Of a stretch of DNA of 64,000 nucleotides, positions 29,218 to 39,578 are shown in pieces. The stretch's first letter is position 1. Every line of letters starts with the position of its first letter. The notes under the pieces were generated by a model. The model did no database searches, was not told the DNA's origin, and saw only the letters and a list, made by a program, of their open reading frames with translations. Source of the stretch: Fibrobacteria bacterium (GTDB taxonomy: Bacteria; Fibrobacterota; Fibrobacteria; UBA11236); assembly GCA_043745805.1 (NCBI GenBank), contig JAYTSD010000020.1, positions 32,001 to 96,000 of the forward strand, in the 5' to 3' direction. The translations under genes and the position numbers were made by a program.

Positions 29218-30483
29218 TTGCAAAAAAGAAAACTCGCACTGGATGCACTGACCTATACAGGTGCCATAGCGCTTTCTCGTATTCCCGCTTTTTTATTTCT
29301 TCCCATTTTTGCAGCGTTTTTAACACCCTTGCAAATGGGTCAATATATAAGCGCTTGGCTATGTATTGATTTATTGCAAACCCTAGCTGGATTAGGAATG
29401 GTGCAGGCTTTGAGTCGTTTCTTTCCTTTAGCCCAAAACTCTCTTCATCGCAAAGAAATATTTTCGACAGCGTTTTTTACCTCGGCAACAGGTGGTATAG
29501 GGCTTTCGCTTTTAGCAGGTATATTCTTTTGCATCCCGTCTCTTCGCCAACTGTGGAATTTTCTTCCAACCATCAATAACTTACAAGTTACCTTAATTTT
29601 ATTAGCGGTAAACCTTACCAGCACGACTTCTTTTTTATTGGTCTATTTGAGAGCAGAACAAAAAGCCTTGGCTTTTTTATGTGCTTTGCTCGGAAGCACG
29701 GCGATAGAAGTTTTAGGCACTTTTTCGTTACTGCATTTTCACCATGTGCATTTGTCCGGAATATTAAGTGTGGAATGTATACGCTTAGCGAGTTTAGCTA
29801 TTGTTCTGCTGTTTCTCGCAAAGCAAGATTTAGCATTGGTTTTTTCCAAACCACAATGGAAAAGTATGTTTCATTATGGCATTTATTTGGTTCCTGCGGG
29901 TTTATTTGTATGGGTGCTTTTTTCCATCGATCGCTTTTGGTTGGGACAATTAGCGGGCCTGGAACAAGTAGGTGTTTATGGTTTTTTCTACAAATTTGTA
30001 ATGCCGATTAATTTGATATTCCAGGGCTATATCATGAGTTTGGATTCTCAGCTTTTCAAATTAAATATTTCCGAAGGCGAAGTTTTAGTATGTAAAGCGC
30101 TGAAGCAATATTTGATCAAAGCAGGAATATTGATCATTTTGGTATCTCTTATGTTACCTTCCGCTTTAAAAATAGGTTTATACTTTTACCCAAAAATTCC
30201 GCAGATTTATTTTCAAAACCTAACTCTATTCCCCATTTTCATGGCGACCGCCTATATTTATTATTGGGGTGTGCATTATGCCTCTTTATTGGATTTAAGG
30301 CTACGTAGCCGTCGCCAATTAGTATTGATGGGGCTTTCAGCACTCTTAAATTTTATTTTATGCTTCGTGCTTATTCACTTTGGACCGAGTTTTGGTCTTT
30401 CAGTTCTAATGGCGGCAGCCTTATCAAATTTAATTTCGGCGAGTTTTTTTACTCTCATGCAATGGCATTATAGCGGAACTTAA
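29218..30483 (+). CDS. Polysaccharide flippase (Wzx/MATE-like)
   Basis: About 12 TM segments; LPIFAAFLTPLQMG and IDRFWLG...VGVY motifs; TTG start. Confidence 0.85.
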   Translation: MQKRKLALDALTYTGAIALSRIPAFLFLPIFAAFLTPLQMGQYISAWLCIDLLQTLAGLGMVQALSRFFPLAQNSLHRKEIFSTAFFTSATGGIGLSLLAGIFFCIPSLRQLWNFLPTINNLQVTLILLAVNLTSTTSFLLVYLRAEQKALAFLCALLGSTAIEVLGTFSLLHFHHVHLSGILSVECIRLASLAIVLLFLAKQDLALVFSKPQWKSMFHYGIYLVPAGLFVWVLFSIDRFWLGQLAGLEQVGVYGFFYKFVMPINLIFQGYIMSLDSQLFKLNISEGEVLVCKALKQYLIKAGILIILVSLMLPSALKIGLYFYPKIPQIYFQNLTLFPIFMATAYIYYWGVHYASLLDLRLRSRRQLVLMGLSALLNFILCFVLIHFGPSFGLSVLMAAALSNLISASFFTLMQWHYSGT

Positions 30484-30486
30484 GTG

Positions 30487-30511
30487 GTCACTTCGACAGG
30501 CTCAGTGACCG
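30487..30511. repeat. 25-bp REP-like element, single intergenic copy
   Basis: gtcacttcgacaggctcagtgaccg, identical to both arms of the 50464-50528 palindrome; it sits between convergent stop codons. Confidence 0.9.
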
Positions 30512-30516
30512 AATGC

Positions 30517-31494
30517 TTAAAGCATTTTTCGAAAAGTGCTTCTTAAAAAACCTTTGGCATTAAATTTTTCTTTGAACTCAACGAGAGAATAAGAAGGAGT
30601 CATAGGATTTTCATGCGAGGGATTTTGCGATACGCCAATATCGACATAAGTATGCCCGTTTTCCATAGACCATTTGGTGACTTCATGCATAGCCAAGAAT
30701 ATAGGGCGATATTTTTCATATTCATATAAAAGCATATTGTAAAATATGATGGTAGCTTGTTTGTTACAGGAAAAAATTAAAGAAGCCGCGACTGGTTTTT
30801 CTTGATAGCGAACTACGAATAACTTGATAGCTTCGGGAAAGAGCTCTTGTAGGGTACAAAGCTCTTCTAAAGTATGCGTGGGTGTGGCATTATGCTTCTT
30901 TTTATTTTCCAAAAGAATAGGGTAAACATCCGCATAATCTTTTAAATCTTTGCTGATTTCAATCGTTAAATTTTCATCTTGCAAACAACGGCGAACATAA
31001 CGCGCGCTGCGTTCATTGAAATCTTCCAAGAAATGTTCATTGTTATTGGGATCAATGACATGCGATATAAAATGCTTTTCATATTCAAAGCCTTTGTAAA
31101 CCAAGGCATAATCCATATCTTGCACGAGGCGATTTTGATATATCAACGGAGCGGGAGTCAGTAATATTTGTTTAAAGCCTTTTCCTTGAGCGTATGCTAA
31201 TAACCCATCGATTATCGCCTCATTCTTTTTATAAGGAATAAGCTTTAAAACGAAACCGCCATAGCTAGCGCCCATAGGTGAAACTAAAGTTTGATCTTTA
31301 TCTTTAAGCGCTGCTGGCAAAACAGCAATTAATTCTTGATTGTCATAAAACATCAAGTGGTGAAATGCAAAGCGACCCTCTGGATGATAAGCCAAAAATT
31401 TTTGCTTATGGAAAATGGTTCCATTATTGGATTCGCTTACAAAATTATCCCACTCTTCCATTTGCGAGGGATTATAGAGATGAATGCGTATCAT
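30517..31494 (-). CDS. GNAT/FemAB-like acyltransferase associated with glycan biosynthesis
   Basis: WDNFV...NGTIFH...FLAYH, SYGG, DIGVS...SLVEFKEKF. Confidence 0.8.
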   Translation of the reverse strand: MIRIHLYNPSQMEEWDNFVSESNNGTIFHKQKFLAYHPEGRFAFHHLMFYDNQELIAVLPAALKDKDQTLVSPMGASYGGFVLKLIPYKKNEAIIDGLLAYAQGKGFKQILLTPAPLIYQNRLVQDMDYALVYKGFEYEKHFISHVIDPNNNEHFLEDFNERSARYVRRCLQDENLTIEISKDLKDYADVYPILLENKKKHNATPTHTLEELCTLQELFPEAIKLFVVRYQEKPVAASLIFSCNKQATIIFYNMLLYEYEKYRPIFLAMHEVTKWSMENGHTYVDIGVSQNPSHENPMTPSYSLVEFKEKFNAKGFLRSTFRKML

Positions 31495-31663
31495 TTAAAG
31501 TTAAAGGAAAAATCCATTCAGAATTTTACACCTTATTAACTCCAGATTCCTTATACTTTTAAAAGGAAGGGATAATTTGTTCATAGGCCAGCAAAATAAG
31601 AAACTGGCGCAAAATTAACAATGCAAAACGCTGCATTTTGTACCTTATCCCATAGAGAATATT

Positions 31664-32659
31664 ATGCAAGAAATACCAAAAATAATTGTTGTGGGTGCTG
31701 GCAGCATGGGTCAAAATCATGTGCGACTCTTATCGCATTCGCGTTTATGTGCTTTAACGGGAATTGTCGAAGCGCAAGAAAAAACACGGTTGGCTTTGGC
31801 TAAAGCGTATAATGTTCCCGGCTATGCAACGGTTGAAGAAGCCTTAGCACAGGTGGAGTTTGTGGCAGCTATTGTGGCTACGCCGAGCGAAACGCATTAT
31901 GCTATTGCAAAAAAATTATTAAATGCGGGTAAGCATATATTAGTAGAAAAGCCTATTACGCCGGAGCCGGAACAAGGTTATGCTTTGCTGGAACTCAGCC
32001 GCAAAAAAAATGTAGTGCTTTTGGGCGGCCATGTAGAGCGCTTTAATCCTGCGGTGATTTTGCTAAAAGAAAAAATTAAAGATTTGGGTTCCATTTACCA
32101 TATTGAAACCGAAAGAACGGGCCCTTTTCCAGAACGTATTTTTTCCTTAGGCGTAGCGATAGATTTATTGGTGCATGATATTGACTTAATTCTCATGTTA
32201 ACTCAAATGTTACCTGAGTGGACCTTTGCGCATGAAGAAAGACGAGTGCATCCTTCTTGTGAAGATGGTATTACCGCGCTTCTGGGTTTTCCTAAAAATA
32301 TTGTGGCAGTGATGAAGGCCAATTGGCTATCGCCCACTAAAGAACGTCGCTTGCGCATTTATGGTGCTAAAGGCATGTTCGAAGTCGATTTTTTAAACCG
32401 GCAATTACGGTTTTTCGAAAATAGCTTTACCGCCCCTATCGAAGATAATTTTGGCTTGGTCGGTATGGAAGAAGGCAATCAAATTAAATTTAAAACAGTG
32501 CCTACGGAGCCGCTGGCCGCTGAATTAGATTTTTTTATTCAATGCATTAATGAAAATAAATCATGCGAAGAAATGACCAAAAGCAATTTAGAAGCGGTGC
32601 GGATTGTGAATACCATTTTAACCTCCGCGCATAAAAACGAAAAAATAAATTTCGCTTAA
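31664..32659 (+). CDS. Gfo/Idh/MocA oxidoreductase (WbpB/WlbA-like nucleotide-sugar dehydrogenase)
   Basis: GAGSMG, HILVEKP, GHVERFNPAV and DLLVHDID motifs. Confidence 0.85.
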   Translation: MQEIPKIIVVGAGSMGQNHVRLLSHSRLCALTGIVEAQEKTRLALAKAYNVPGYATVEEALAQVEFVAAIVATPSETHYAIAKKLLNAGKHILVEKPITPEPEQGYALLELSRKKNVVLLGGHVERFNPAVILLKEKIKDLGSIYHIETERTGPFPERIFSLGVAIDLLVHDIDLILMLTQMLPEWTFAHEERRVHPSCEDGITALLGFPKNIVAVMKANWLSPTKERRLRIYGAKGMFEVDFLNRQLRFFENSFTAPIEDNFGLVGMEEGNQIKFKTVPTEPLAAELDFFIQCINENKSCEEMTKSNLEAVRIVNTILTSAHKNEKINFA

Positions 32660-32661
32660 TT

Positions 32662-33426
32662 TTATTTGATTAAACGCTGTTCCCAATGCTGAATATGCGT
32701 TTCCAAATCGAGAGCCGCTTCCTTTTTACAAATCAACAATAAAGTATCGGCAAAAAAAGGAAAGTATTTGGCTAGCCATGCTGAAGGCTTGCAATGCCTA
32801 ATGGTAAGGCGTGTAGGGATTAAACGCTCCACCTTGAATCCCACAAAATTCAAAGTCTTTTCCAAAGTTAAATAGTCATAAGTTTGAAAATGCAAATCGC
32901 CTAATTTTCCTAGGGCATAATAATTCATAAAGGGCTGTTTATGGCGCAAATAAGGCAGCCAACGCTCAAAGGTAAATACATTAGGTGTATGAATAATTAA
33001 GCGTCCATTATCCGCAAGTAAGGTGCGAATATGTTTTAAGCCTAGCACAGGATTGCGTAAATGTTCAATGATATCCATGAAATAAATAAAGTCATATTGC
33101 TCATTAGCAAAGATATTAATGCCTTCTTCTATATCGCATAATACAGTTTGCATGGAAACATGATTCGTTTCCGCAAGTTGCTTTACTTTGGTTAATTGCT
33201 GTGGAGAAATATCCGCGGCGCTGACTTGATGACCTTTCTTCGCTAATGCCAAAGCCAATTGCCCTTCAGCACAGCCTAAATCCAAAACGGAATAAGATTT
33301 TTTTTCGGGATAAGAGTCGAGAAGCGATGAAAATAATTTGAGTTCACGGCTATCGTTTTGTTGCGGAAGTGTGCTCGCCTTATCGTAAAATTCAGCATAG
33401 TTATCCAGTAAATTTTTTTGCGTCAT
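32662..33426 (-). CDS. Class I SAM-dependent methyltransferase
   Basis: VLDLGCAEG, DIIEHL and HTPN motifs. Confidence 0.88.
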   Translation of the reverse strand: MTQKNLLDNYAEFYDKASTLPQQNDSRELKLFSSLLDSYPEKKSYSVLDLGCAEGQLALALAKKGHQVSAADISPQQLTKVKQLAETNHVSMQTVLCDIEEGINIFANEQYDFIYFMDIIEHLRNPVLGLKHIRTLLADNGRLIIHTPNVFTFERWLPYLRHKQPFMNYYALGKLGDLHFQTYDYLTLEKTLNFVGFKVERLIPTRLTIRHCKPSAWLAKYFPFFADTLLLICKKEAALDLETHIQHWEQRLIK

Positions 33427-34541
33427 GCTTTTAAACCTATGCTTTGATAAAGCGTTTTCATGCGTTTGGCCACTGCGGCATGGCTATGGGTTTTTTGCAG
33501 CCACATTTTGGCCTCTTCCCCTTTTGCCTGTAAGCCTTCCGGACGACTTAAAATTTGCGCGAGTACCTGTTTTAAAGTTTGCGGAGTCGCCAAATAAAAA
33601 GGATGATCGGGCATATCCTTTACCAAATAATCGGCAAAGTCAGCCACGCAAGGAATACCCATGGCAAACATTTCCAAAGAACTAATTCCATAACCTGTAC
33701 CACCACGGTTACCTACATGATCGATACATAAATCGCAAGTAAACTTTATTTTGCGACATTCATTTTGGCTTAGCCCTTCAATTAATACAAATTCAAAATC
33801 GAATTGCTTTTTTAATTCCTCGATAATGGGTAAAATGAGATCGGTGCCTTTATTATATCTATCGGAAGGGGCATGCACAATTCTTAAAGGTTTTTTTTCA
33901 GCATTTGACTTATTGTGCCTCAGCAAATGAGTGGCTAATTCAAATGGCATATTCAGCAAATGAATATTTGGATGTAAAAATTGATGATCCGATTCTACAC
34001 TAATATTTAAATCACTGAGCTTATCAAGTGCGGAATTAACCCCTTGCACACGCAATTCGGTACCATAAAATGCGGAAATAATTTTTGCTCCGTCCTGCTT
34101 TAATGCCTTAGCTAAATCGGCATTCCAAGTTAAATCCTTGGCGCCATCGAATTGCACTACATCATAGCCTGCGAGTTTATAATCACGAATAATTTGAGGG
34201 ATTCTCCGGCGAATAAAAAAATCCTTAATCGGAAACCAAACTCTTTCTAAGGGTCCAGGGGGCAATTGCATTAAGGGTTTGAGAGGAATTTGTAAATCCT
34301 CAGGATTGGGTTGTGCCACGCGGCGACCGGATTCAATGACTCTTTGTTTTAATTTCCAATCGCGATATCTACGCACCGGATAATAATCTAAGAGTGGTAC
34401 TTTAATGATGGGATAGTCTAAAGCCTCGGCATGGCATTGAATATAGACCATATCCGAAGTATGCCCTTGTTTGCATTCTAGTTCAATGAAATTACGTGGG
34501 ACACCTTGCATGGGTCCATGGGCGATATGCAAAATTTTCAT
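33423..34541 (-). CDS. Glycosyltransferase (GT-B fold)
   Basis: MKILHI, IVHAPS...KGT, YGISSLEMFAMGIP. Confidence 0.85.
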   Translation of the reverse strand: MKILHIAHGPMQGVPRNFIELECKQGHTSDMVYIQCHAEALDYPIIKVPLLDYYPVRRYRDWKLKQRVIESGRRVAQPNPEDLQIPLKPLMQLPPGPLERVWFPIKDFFIRRRIPQIIRDYKLAGYDVVQFDGAKDLTWNADLAKALKQDGAKIISAFYGTELRVQGVNSALDKLSDLNISVESDHQFLHPNIHLLNMPFELATHLLRHNKSNAEKKPLRIVHAPSDRYNKGTDLILPIIEELKKQFDFEFVLIEGLSQNECRKIKFTCDLCIDHVGNRGGTGYGISSLEMFAMGIPCVADFADYLVKDMPDHPFYLATPQTLKQVLAQILSRPEGLQAKGEEAKMWLQKTHSHAAVAKRMKTLYQSIGLKA

Positions 34542-34602
34542 AGCTTACAATTTAAAAGATTATTGGTGTGCATTGGGCTAAGGTCGCTTTATTTAGCATA
34601 AA

Positions 34603-35724
34603 TTAGCTTAAAAATTTTTGCAATCCCGCTTCGAAATTTTCCCAGCACCAAATTTTTTTAGCCTTTTCACATGAAGCTTGGTAAGTGGGTAGGTTTTCAA
34701 CGATTGTTTTTAGACTCTGTAAAATACTTTCCGATGAATAGGGATCGCATAATACTCCAATAGGATTTTCTTTTAAGAATTCTCGATGTGCCGTTGTATT
34801 ACCTAATAAAACCGGCAATCCTGCTTGTATATAATCAAAGATTTTATTAGGAAGTGTATAATCAATGCTAAGGGTTAAGGGTTGTACTAGATGTAAACCA
34901 ATATCCGCATTTTGCATAGCCGGTTGAAGCTTTTCAAAGGATAGCATGCCATAAAATTTTACTCGGGAGTTTAATCCCAATGACCTTACTTTTTGTTCGA
35001 GTAATACATGTTCCTCACCTGATCCATATATATCTAAAACAAATTCTGAATTATTTTTGAGTGCTTCAATCACTTCTAGCAACCCTGAACCAATACGCAA
35101 AATACCTTGAAAAATCAGCATCACAGGTTTATTAATGACCAATGATTTGGGAACGAGATAATTTATAGAAGTAGAAAAGGGAACATTAGGAAGTAAATAA
35201 ATTTTACTGCGAGGAAAATTTTGCTGAAAATATTTTTCAAAATATGGACTTACCGTAGTTAACTTAGGAGTTACTAGCAAACCGAATTTATGCCATAAAG
35301 TCCAGAATATTTTTCGTGACCAACGATTTTGCACAAAAGGCGTTTCGGGAAATATCTCGCGAGCATCATAAATAAATTTTCGACCTTGGCATTTGCCGAG
35401 CCAAGCTAATGGCAATAAAGGCGGTGCATCCATGGCTATCCATAAGCGACTTTTGCTGCGGAATAAAATGGGAATTATACGTAAAGTAAATTGTAGGAAA
35501 GTTTTAGAAAAAGCCTGTAAATGGGATGTGGAAGTGAGAATGCGAATATCAAATTCTTTCCATTGTTCGCCGGGAGGAGTAAATGGTTTGTCGCAATAAA
35601 GAATAGGTTTATAGCCCATTTTTTTTAGGCTAAGCATCCATTTATAACAACGATAATCAATTCCTATATCACCGATAAAAGCAATTAATACTTCTTGCGA
35701 GGACGATGAGGAATCAGTTTGCAT
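34603..35724 (-). CDS. Glycosyltransferase family 4
   Basis: IYDARE and LPNKIFDYIQAGLPV motifs. Confidence 0.88.
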   Translation of the reverse strand: MQTDSSSSSQEVLIAFIGDIGIDYRCYKWMLSLKKMGYKPILYCDKPFTPPGEQWKEFDIRILTSTSHLQAFSKTFLQFTLRIIPILFRSKSRLWIAMDAPPLLPLAWLGKCQGRKFIYDAREIFPETPFVQNRWSRKIFWTLWHKFGLLVTPKLTTVSPYFEKYFQQNFPRSKIYLLPNVPFSTSINYLVPKSLVINKPVMLIFQGILRIGSGLLEVIEALKNNSEFVLDIYGSGEEHVLLEQKVRSLGLNSRVKFYGMLSFEKLQPAMQNADIGLHLVQPLTLSIDYTLPNKIFDYIQAGLPVLLGNTTAHREFLKENPIGVLCDPYSSESILQSLKTIVENLPTYQASCEKAKKIWCWENFEAGLQKFLS

Positions 35725-36121
35725 ATTATTTTAAAACCATTTCTAAAAGCATTAGATATACAAATTTTTCATGCTAGGTTTACCGGGAGCCAATCAAAAT
35801 TTGACCGTCCTGCGCAATTTATGACCAGCAATGAAGTTTATTTACGCGCGCATGGAGGGAAATCGAATAGTTTAAGCAAATATTTTTAGGCTTGGATATT
35901 GCTTAAAATCAAATTGCTGAACACCAAAGGTTTTGATCATGATTTTTTTAAAATATTTACTGTTAATCGCAAATTCCATACAAAAACAAAAACCTATGGT
36001 TAACCTCACAAAAAACAAATCTCCTGGAGTCATTGTATTCGGGTCTGAATCATACAAAGTGAATGGACGGCGGGATAATTTGCATTGAATATTTGCTTGC
36101 ATCAAATTCGCGGTATTCAAT

Positions 36122-37384
36122 ATGTGGAGATACAAAAATATTTTATCATCGCATCCTTGCACTTGTATATTTATTTTCGGCCTTATACTTCGTTTATTTT
36201 GGGCCAAATTTATAGTAACGGGAACACCTTCCTTAGACGATAAAGTCTATTTGGATTTAGCCCAACACCTAGCTTTACACAATGAGTTTTTAGATTCTGC
36301 GGATAATGGATTAAGAGCCTATCGACCTATCGGGTACCCGGCATTTTTGTCAGTATTCTTTCGTTTTTTTCATCATCCCGAACCATTAATTATCGCTTTT
36401 CAAGCCATAATTAGTAGTGTCATAGCAGTAATGATATATATAATGTCTTTTAAATTATTTAAAAACAAATCCGCGGCATTTATTACTGCCATAGCTTATG
36501 CAGGCTTGCCATCAGTCATAAGTTTATGCGTTAATTTTTGGTCCGAAACTCTAAATGCATTTTTATTATTGTGCGCCTTTTACTTTGCTATGGATACTCG
36601 ATCATTTTTCAAAACTATTTTAGCGGGATGTTTTTTAGGACTTGCCTGTTTTTTCCGAGCGAATATAATCTTGCTACTACCACTATTCTATCTGCCGATA
36701 ATTTTGGAGCGTAAATGGAACGCTTATATAAGTAAAACCTTGTTGCTTGGAATTACTGTCTTGGTTATTACTTTGCCTTGGAGTTATCGCAATTATAAAG
36801 TGCTTAATCAATTTTGTTGGATTTCTTCAAATATGGGTGTAAATCTTTATTTAGGACATAATCCTGAAGCGGATGGTACGGCGAAACAGCCTGCCAGTGT
36901 GGATAGTGTTTTTAATTTGCAGTTTAACGAGATGCAATTGTCGGAAAAATTTTCTGGTTTGGCAGGAAAATATGCTTTTACTCATCCTAAGCGAGAATTA
37001 GAATTGTTTTTTATTAAATTAACTCGTGTGATGAGTCGTGATCGTAGTCCAGTAATGTTTAGTTTTGTGCAATCCTTACAGCCGACTTTTAGTTTTCTGC
37101 AAAAACTTTTTGCCGCCTTTAATAATTTACTTTATCTTTTTTTATTGCTTCCATTTGTTTATCTATTTAAGTTTCGTTTATGGAAACACTTCCCTGAAGT
37201 TTCGGGAATATTTATTTCCATTTGGACGCAGTTTTTATTTTACGCGACCGTAGTAGCGGATGATAGATATAAACATATAACCTTGCCATTAATGTGTATT
37301 CTAGCCACTTTTACGGTAAAAAAAATTTTAGAAAGAAATTCTCAAGATATTTTTTCAGTTGAAATTCTTGTGAAGTCCTCATAG
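36122..37384 (+). CDS. ArnT/PMT-like membrane glycosyltransferase (GT-C)
   Basis: DD..Y after TM1, RPIGYPAFL, SETL, PWSYRNY...NLYLG, RY near the C-terminus; multi-TM. Confidence 0.8.
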   Translation: MWRYKNILSSHPCTCIFIFGLILRLFWAKFIVTGTPSLDDKVYLDLAQHLALHNEFLDSADNGLRAYRPIGYPAFLSVFFRFFHHPEPLIIAFQAIISSVIAVMIYIMSFKLFKNKSAAFITAIAYAGLPSVISLCVNFWSETLNAFLLLCAFYFAMDTRSFFKTILAGCFLGLACFFRANIILLLPLFYLPIILERKWNAYISKTLLLGITVLVITLPWSYRNYKVLNQFCWISSNMGVNLYLGHNPEADGTAKQPASVDSVFNLQFNEMQLSEKFSGLAGKYAFTHPKRELELFFIKLTRVMSRDRSPVMFSFVQSLQPTFSFLQKLFAAFNNLLYLFLLLPFVYLFKFRLWKHFPEVSGIFISIWTQFLFYATVVADDRYKHITLPLMCILATFTVKKILERNSQDIFSVEILVKSS

Positions 37385-37391
37385 TATCTCC

Positions 37392-38267
37392 ATGCCCCTC
37401 TTAAAACCCCTCATCCTTTCCTTACGTCCGCAACAATGGATTAAAAATTTATTCCTACTTGCCCCATTATTCTTCTCCAAAAATCTTTTGCATGGCGAGG
37501 CCATAGTCAAAGCCGTTTTGGGTTTGCTGGTTTATAATTTGCTTTCAGGGGCTATTTACATATTCAATGATATCGTAGATTTGGAGTCGGACAAAAGCCA
37601 TCCACAAAAATCTAAACGACCGCTGGCCGCAGGAAAAATTTCCATTACTCAAGCCAAAGGGTTTGCGGTAAGCGTTTTAGTCTTCGCTTTAGGAAGTGCA
37701 TATTATTTAGATAAAGCTTTTTTCTACGTATGCCTGATGGCAATTATATTGCAATTACTGTATTCATTACTACTAAAGAAAATGGTTATTCTCGATGTGA
37801 TGGCCATAGCCTTGGCTTTTGTATTGCGGGTCTTGGCAGGTGCGGTATTGATTCATGTGCAAGCCTCAGCGTGGATATTGATTTGCGCTTTGCTCTTGGC
37901 TTTATTTTTAGCCTTAGGGAAAAGACGACATGAATTATTATTTGCTGCGCATATTGAATTGCCGCGTAAGGTGCTAAGCGATTATACCTTGGAGTTATTA
38001 GATCAAATGCTGGCTATTAACGCAGCGGCCACCATTATTACTTATGCTTTATACACCATTTCGGATTCGACTCAAGAGCATTTTCACACCAAAAACTTAG
38101 TGTATACTTTGCCTTTTGTGCTGTATGGAATTTTCCGCTATCTCTATCTTATTCATAAACAAGAAAAGGGGGGAAATCCCGAAACGGTTTTGGTTACCGA
38201 CAAGCCGCTTTACCTCAATATTTTATTTTGGATTTTAACTTCGGGATTTATTATTTATTTCGCGTAA
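37392..38267 (+). CDS. UbiA-family decaprenyl-phosphate phosphoribosyltransferase-like protein
   Basis: LRPQQWIKN, YIFNDIVD..D..HP.K..RPLAAG, LALGKRRHE, YGIFRY. Confidence 0.9.
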   Translation: MPLLKPLILSLRPQQWIKNLFLLAPLFFSKNLLHGEAIVKAVLGLLVYNLLSGAIYIFNDIVDLESDKSHPQKSKRPLAAGKISITQAKGFAVSVLVFALGSAYYLDKAFFYVCLMAIILQLLYSLLLKKMVILDVMAIALAFVLRVLAGAVLIHVQASAWILICALLLALFLALGKRRHELLFAAHIELPRKVLSDYTLELLDQMLAINAAATIITYALYTISDSTQEHFHTKNLVYTLPFVLYGIFRYLYLIHKQEKGGNPETVLVTDKPLYLNILFWILTSGFIIYFA

Positions 38268-38331
38268 AAAATAAAGTTGTGAAAACCAGAACCATCCATA
38301 CTATTGATCCCAATTTCCGCTTATTCACACT

Positions 38332-39420
38332 TCATAATTGGCTCATCAACTTTTCATAAACCTCGGCCGTTTTAATCGCTGTGGCTTGCCAGGTAAGTGC
38401 GGTAAAAAAATCTTTGGGTAATACCGGTGTTTTTTGAACCAAAGCGGCTGCTAATGCATTGCGAATGGAAGCAATAGCATAAGGATTACAATATTGTGCA
38501 TACTCTTTAAAATAAGCGCGTGTATAGCCACATTCCGTGATAACAATTTTGGCATTTGCGGCAAGTGCTTCTAAAGCGGATAATCCGGTAGTTTCAAAAA
38601 AACTAGGTAATACGCAAATCTCGGCTTCCGCATATAGTTTGAGCGCCTCTTCATGCGCGATACGGCCGCGATAAAAAATATTTTGGTTATCAATCAGTTT
38701 TTCAAATTGCTTAAAATATTTAGCATAGGCCGCATTGGCTTGACCAATGAATACCAAGCTATACTCAGGATAATCTTGTACTAGTTGCAAAAATGCTTGG
38801 CATAAAGCGATTTGATTTTTGGCGGGTCCAATATGACCGGCGCAAACGATCATTTTCTTTTTCGCCGCGATTTGAGCAGTAGAAATATTTACAGCATTAG
38901 GTATCGTGGTATATTTTAAGTTACCGGTAACTTCAATGTCTCTTTGAAGAGCGGCCAATTCCAAATCCGAATTGGGAAGTAAGCAATTCACACCAGCAAT
39001 AATTTCTTTTACGGTTTTGCGAAAAAACAAAATTGCCTTCCAACAAGGGAGGGTTTTATTTTTCCAAGCATAATAAAATTCACGTCCCCCTAAATAAGTC
39101 CAAATAGGGAAACTTTTGAATCCTAGTCGATGCCCATAAAATTTTTGGGTTTCGGGAATAGGTATCCAAATAGTAGATAAGACTATTTTTTTCTGTAAGC
39201 GTTTGGCATCGAGATAGAGGCGATACGTTTCGGACAATTGATTTAAATTAAAAAGATGAATAATATCATATTCGGCCAAATTAGGATTGCTTTCGGCAAT
39301 ATCTACGGTATATCCTAAAGCTATTAAAGCTTCGCGGGTGTTTAATAATTGCACCCAATCTCCATGCGCTTGCCTTTGCGAAACGGGGCGATTACACATG
39401 AGGATTTTTGGTTTATTCAT
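38332..39420 (-). CDS. Glycosyltransferase family 4
   Basis: GD.VQ...T...L, KNQ and LPSFFETTGLSALEA motifs. Confidence 0.88.
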   Translation of the reverse strand: MNKPKILMCNRPVSQRQAHGDWVQLLNTREALIALGYTVDIAESNPNLAEYDIIHLFNLNQLSETYRLYLDAKRLQKKIVLSTIWIPIPETQKFYGHRLGFKSFPIWTYLGGREFYYAWKNKTLPCWKAILFFRKTVKEIIAGVNCLLPNSDLELAALQRDIEVTGNLKYTTIPNAVNISTAQIAAKKKMIVCAGHIGPAKNQIALCQAFLQLVQDYPEYSLVFIGQANAAYAKYFKQFEKLIDNQNIFYRGRIAHEEALKLYAEAEICVLPSFFETTGLSALEALAANAKIVITECGYTRAYFKEYAQYCNPYAIASIRNALAAALVQKTPVLPKDFFTALTWQATAIKTAEVYEKLMSQL

Positions 39421-39578
39421 TGGATATTATGTCAAAACTTCAGTAGATATACAAATTCTTTGGGCATGGACATTATTATCGATGGCCTTGATTAAAAGTT
39501 TAGTGGTTTTCTTGACGTCTTGCAACTAGCAGGATAAATTGTTGCAAACATTATCTTCACAGTCTTCACAAGGGGATC

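Noticed and set aside
29218-30511. Flippase truncated by the adjacent repeat element
   Set aside because: 421 aa with about 12 TM segments is a normal Wzx length, and no remnant coding sequence follows the repeat.
35725-36207. Small ORFs between the divergent GT4 and ArnT-like genes, including 35872-36207
   Set aside because: No convincing RBS or motifs, and the ORF overlaps the ArnT-like start; more likely divergent promoter DNA.
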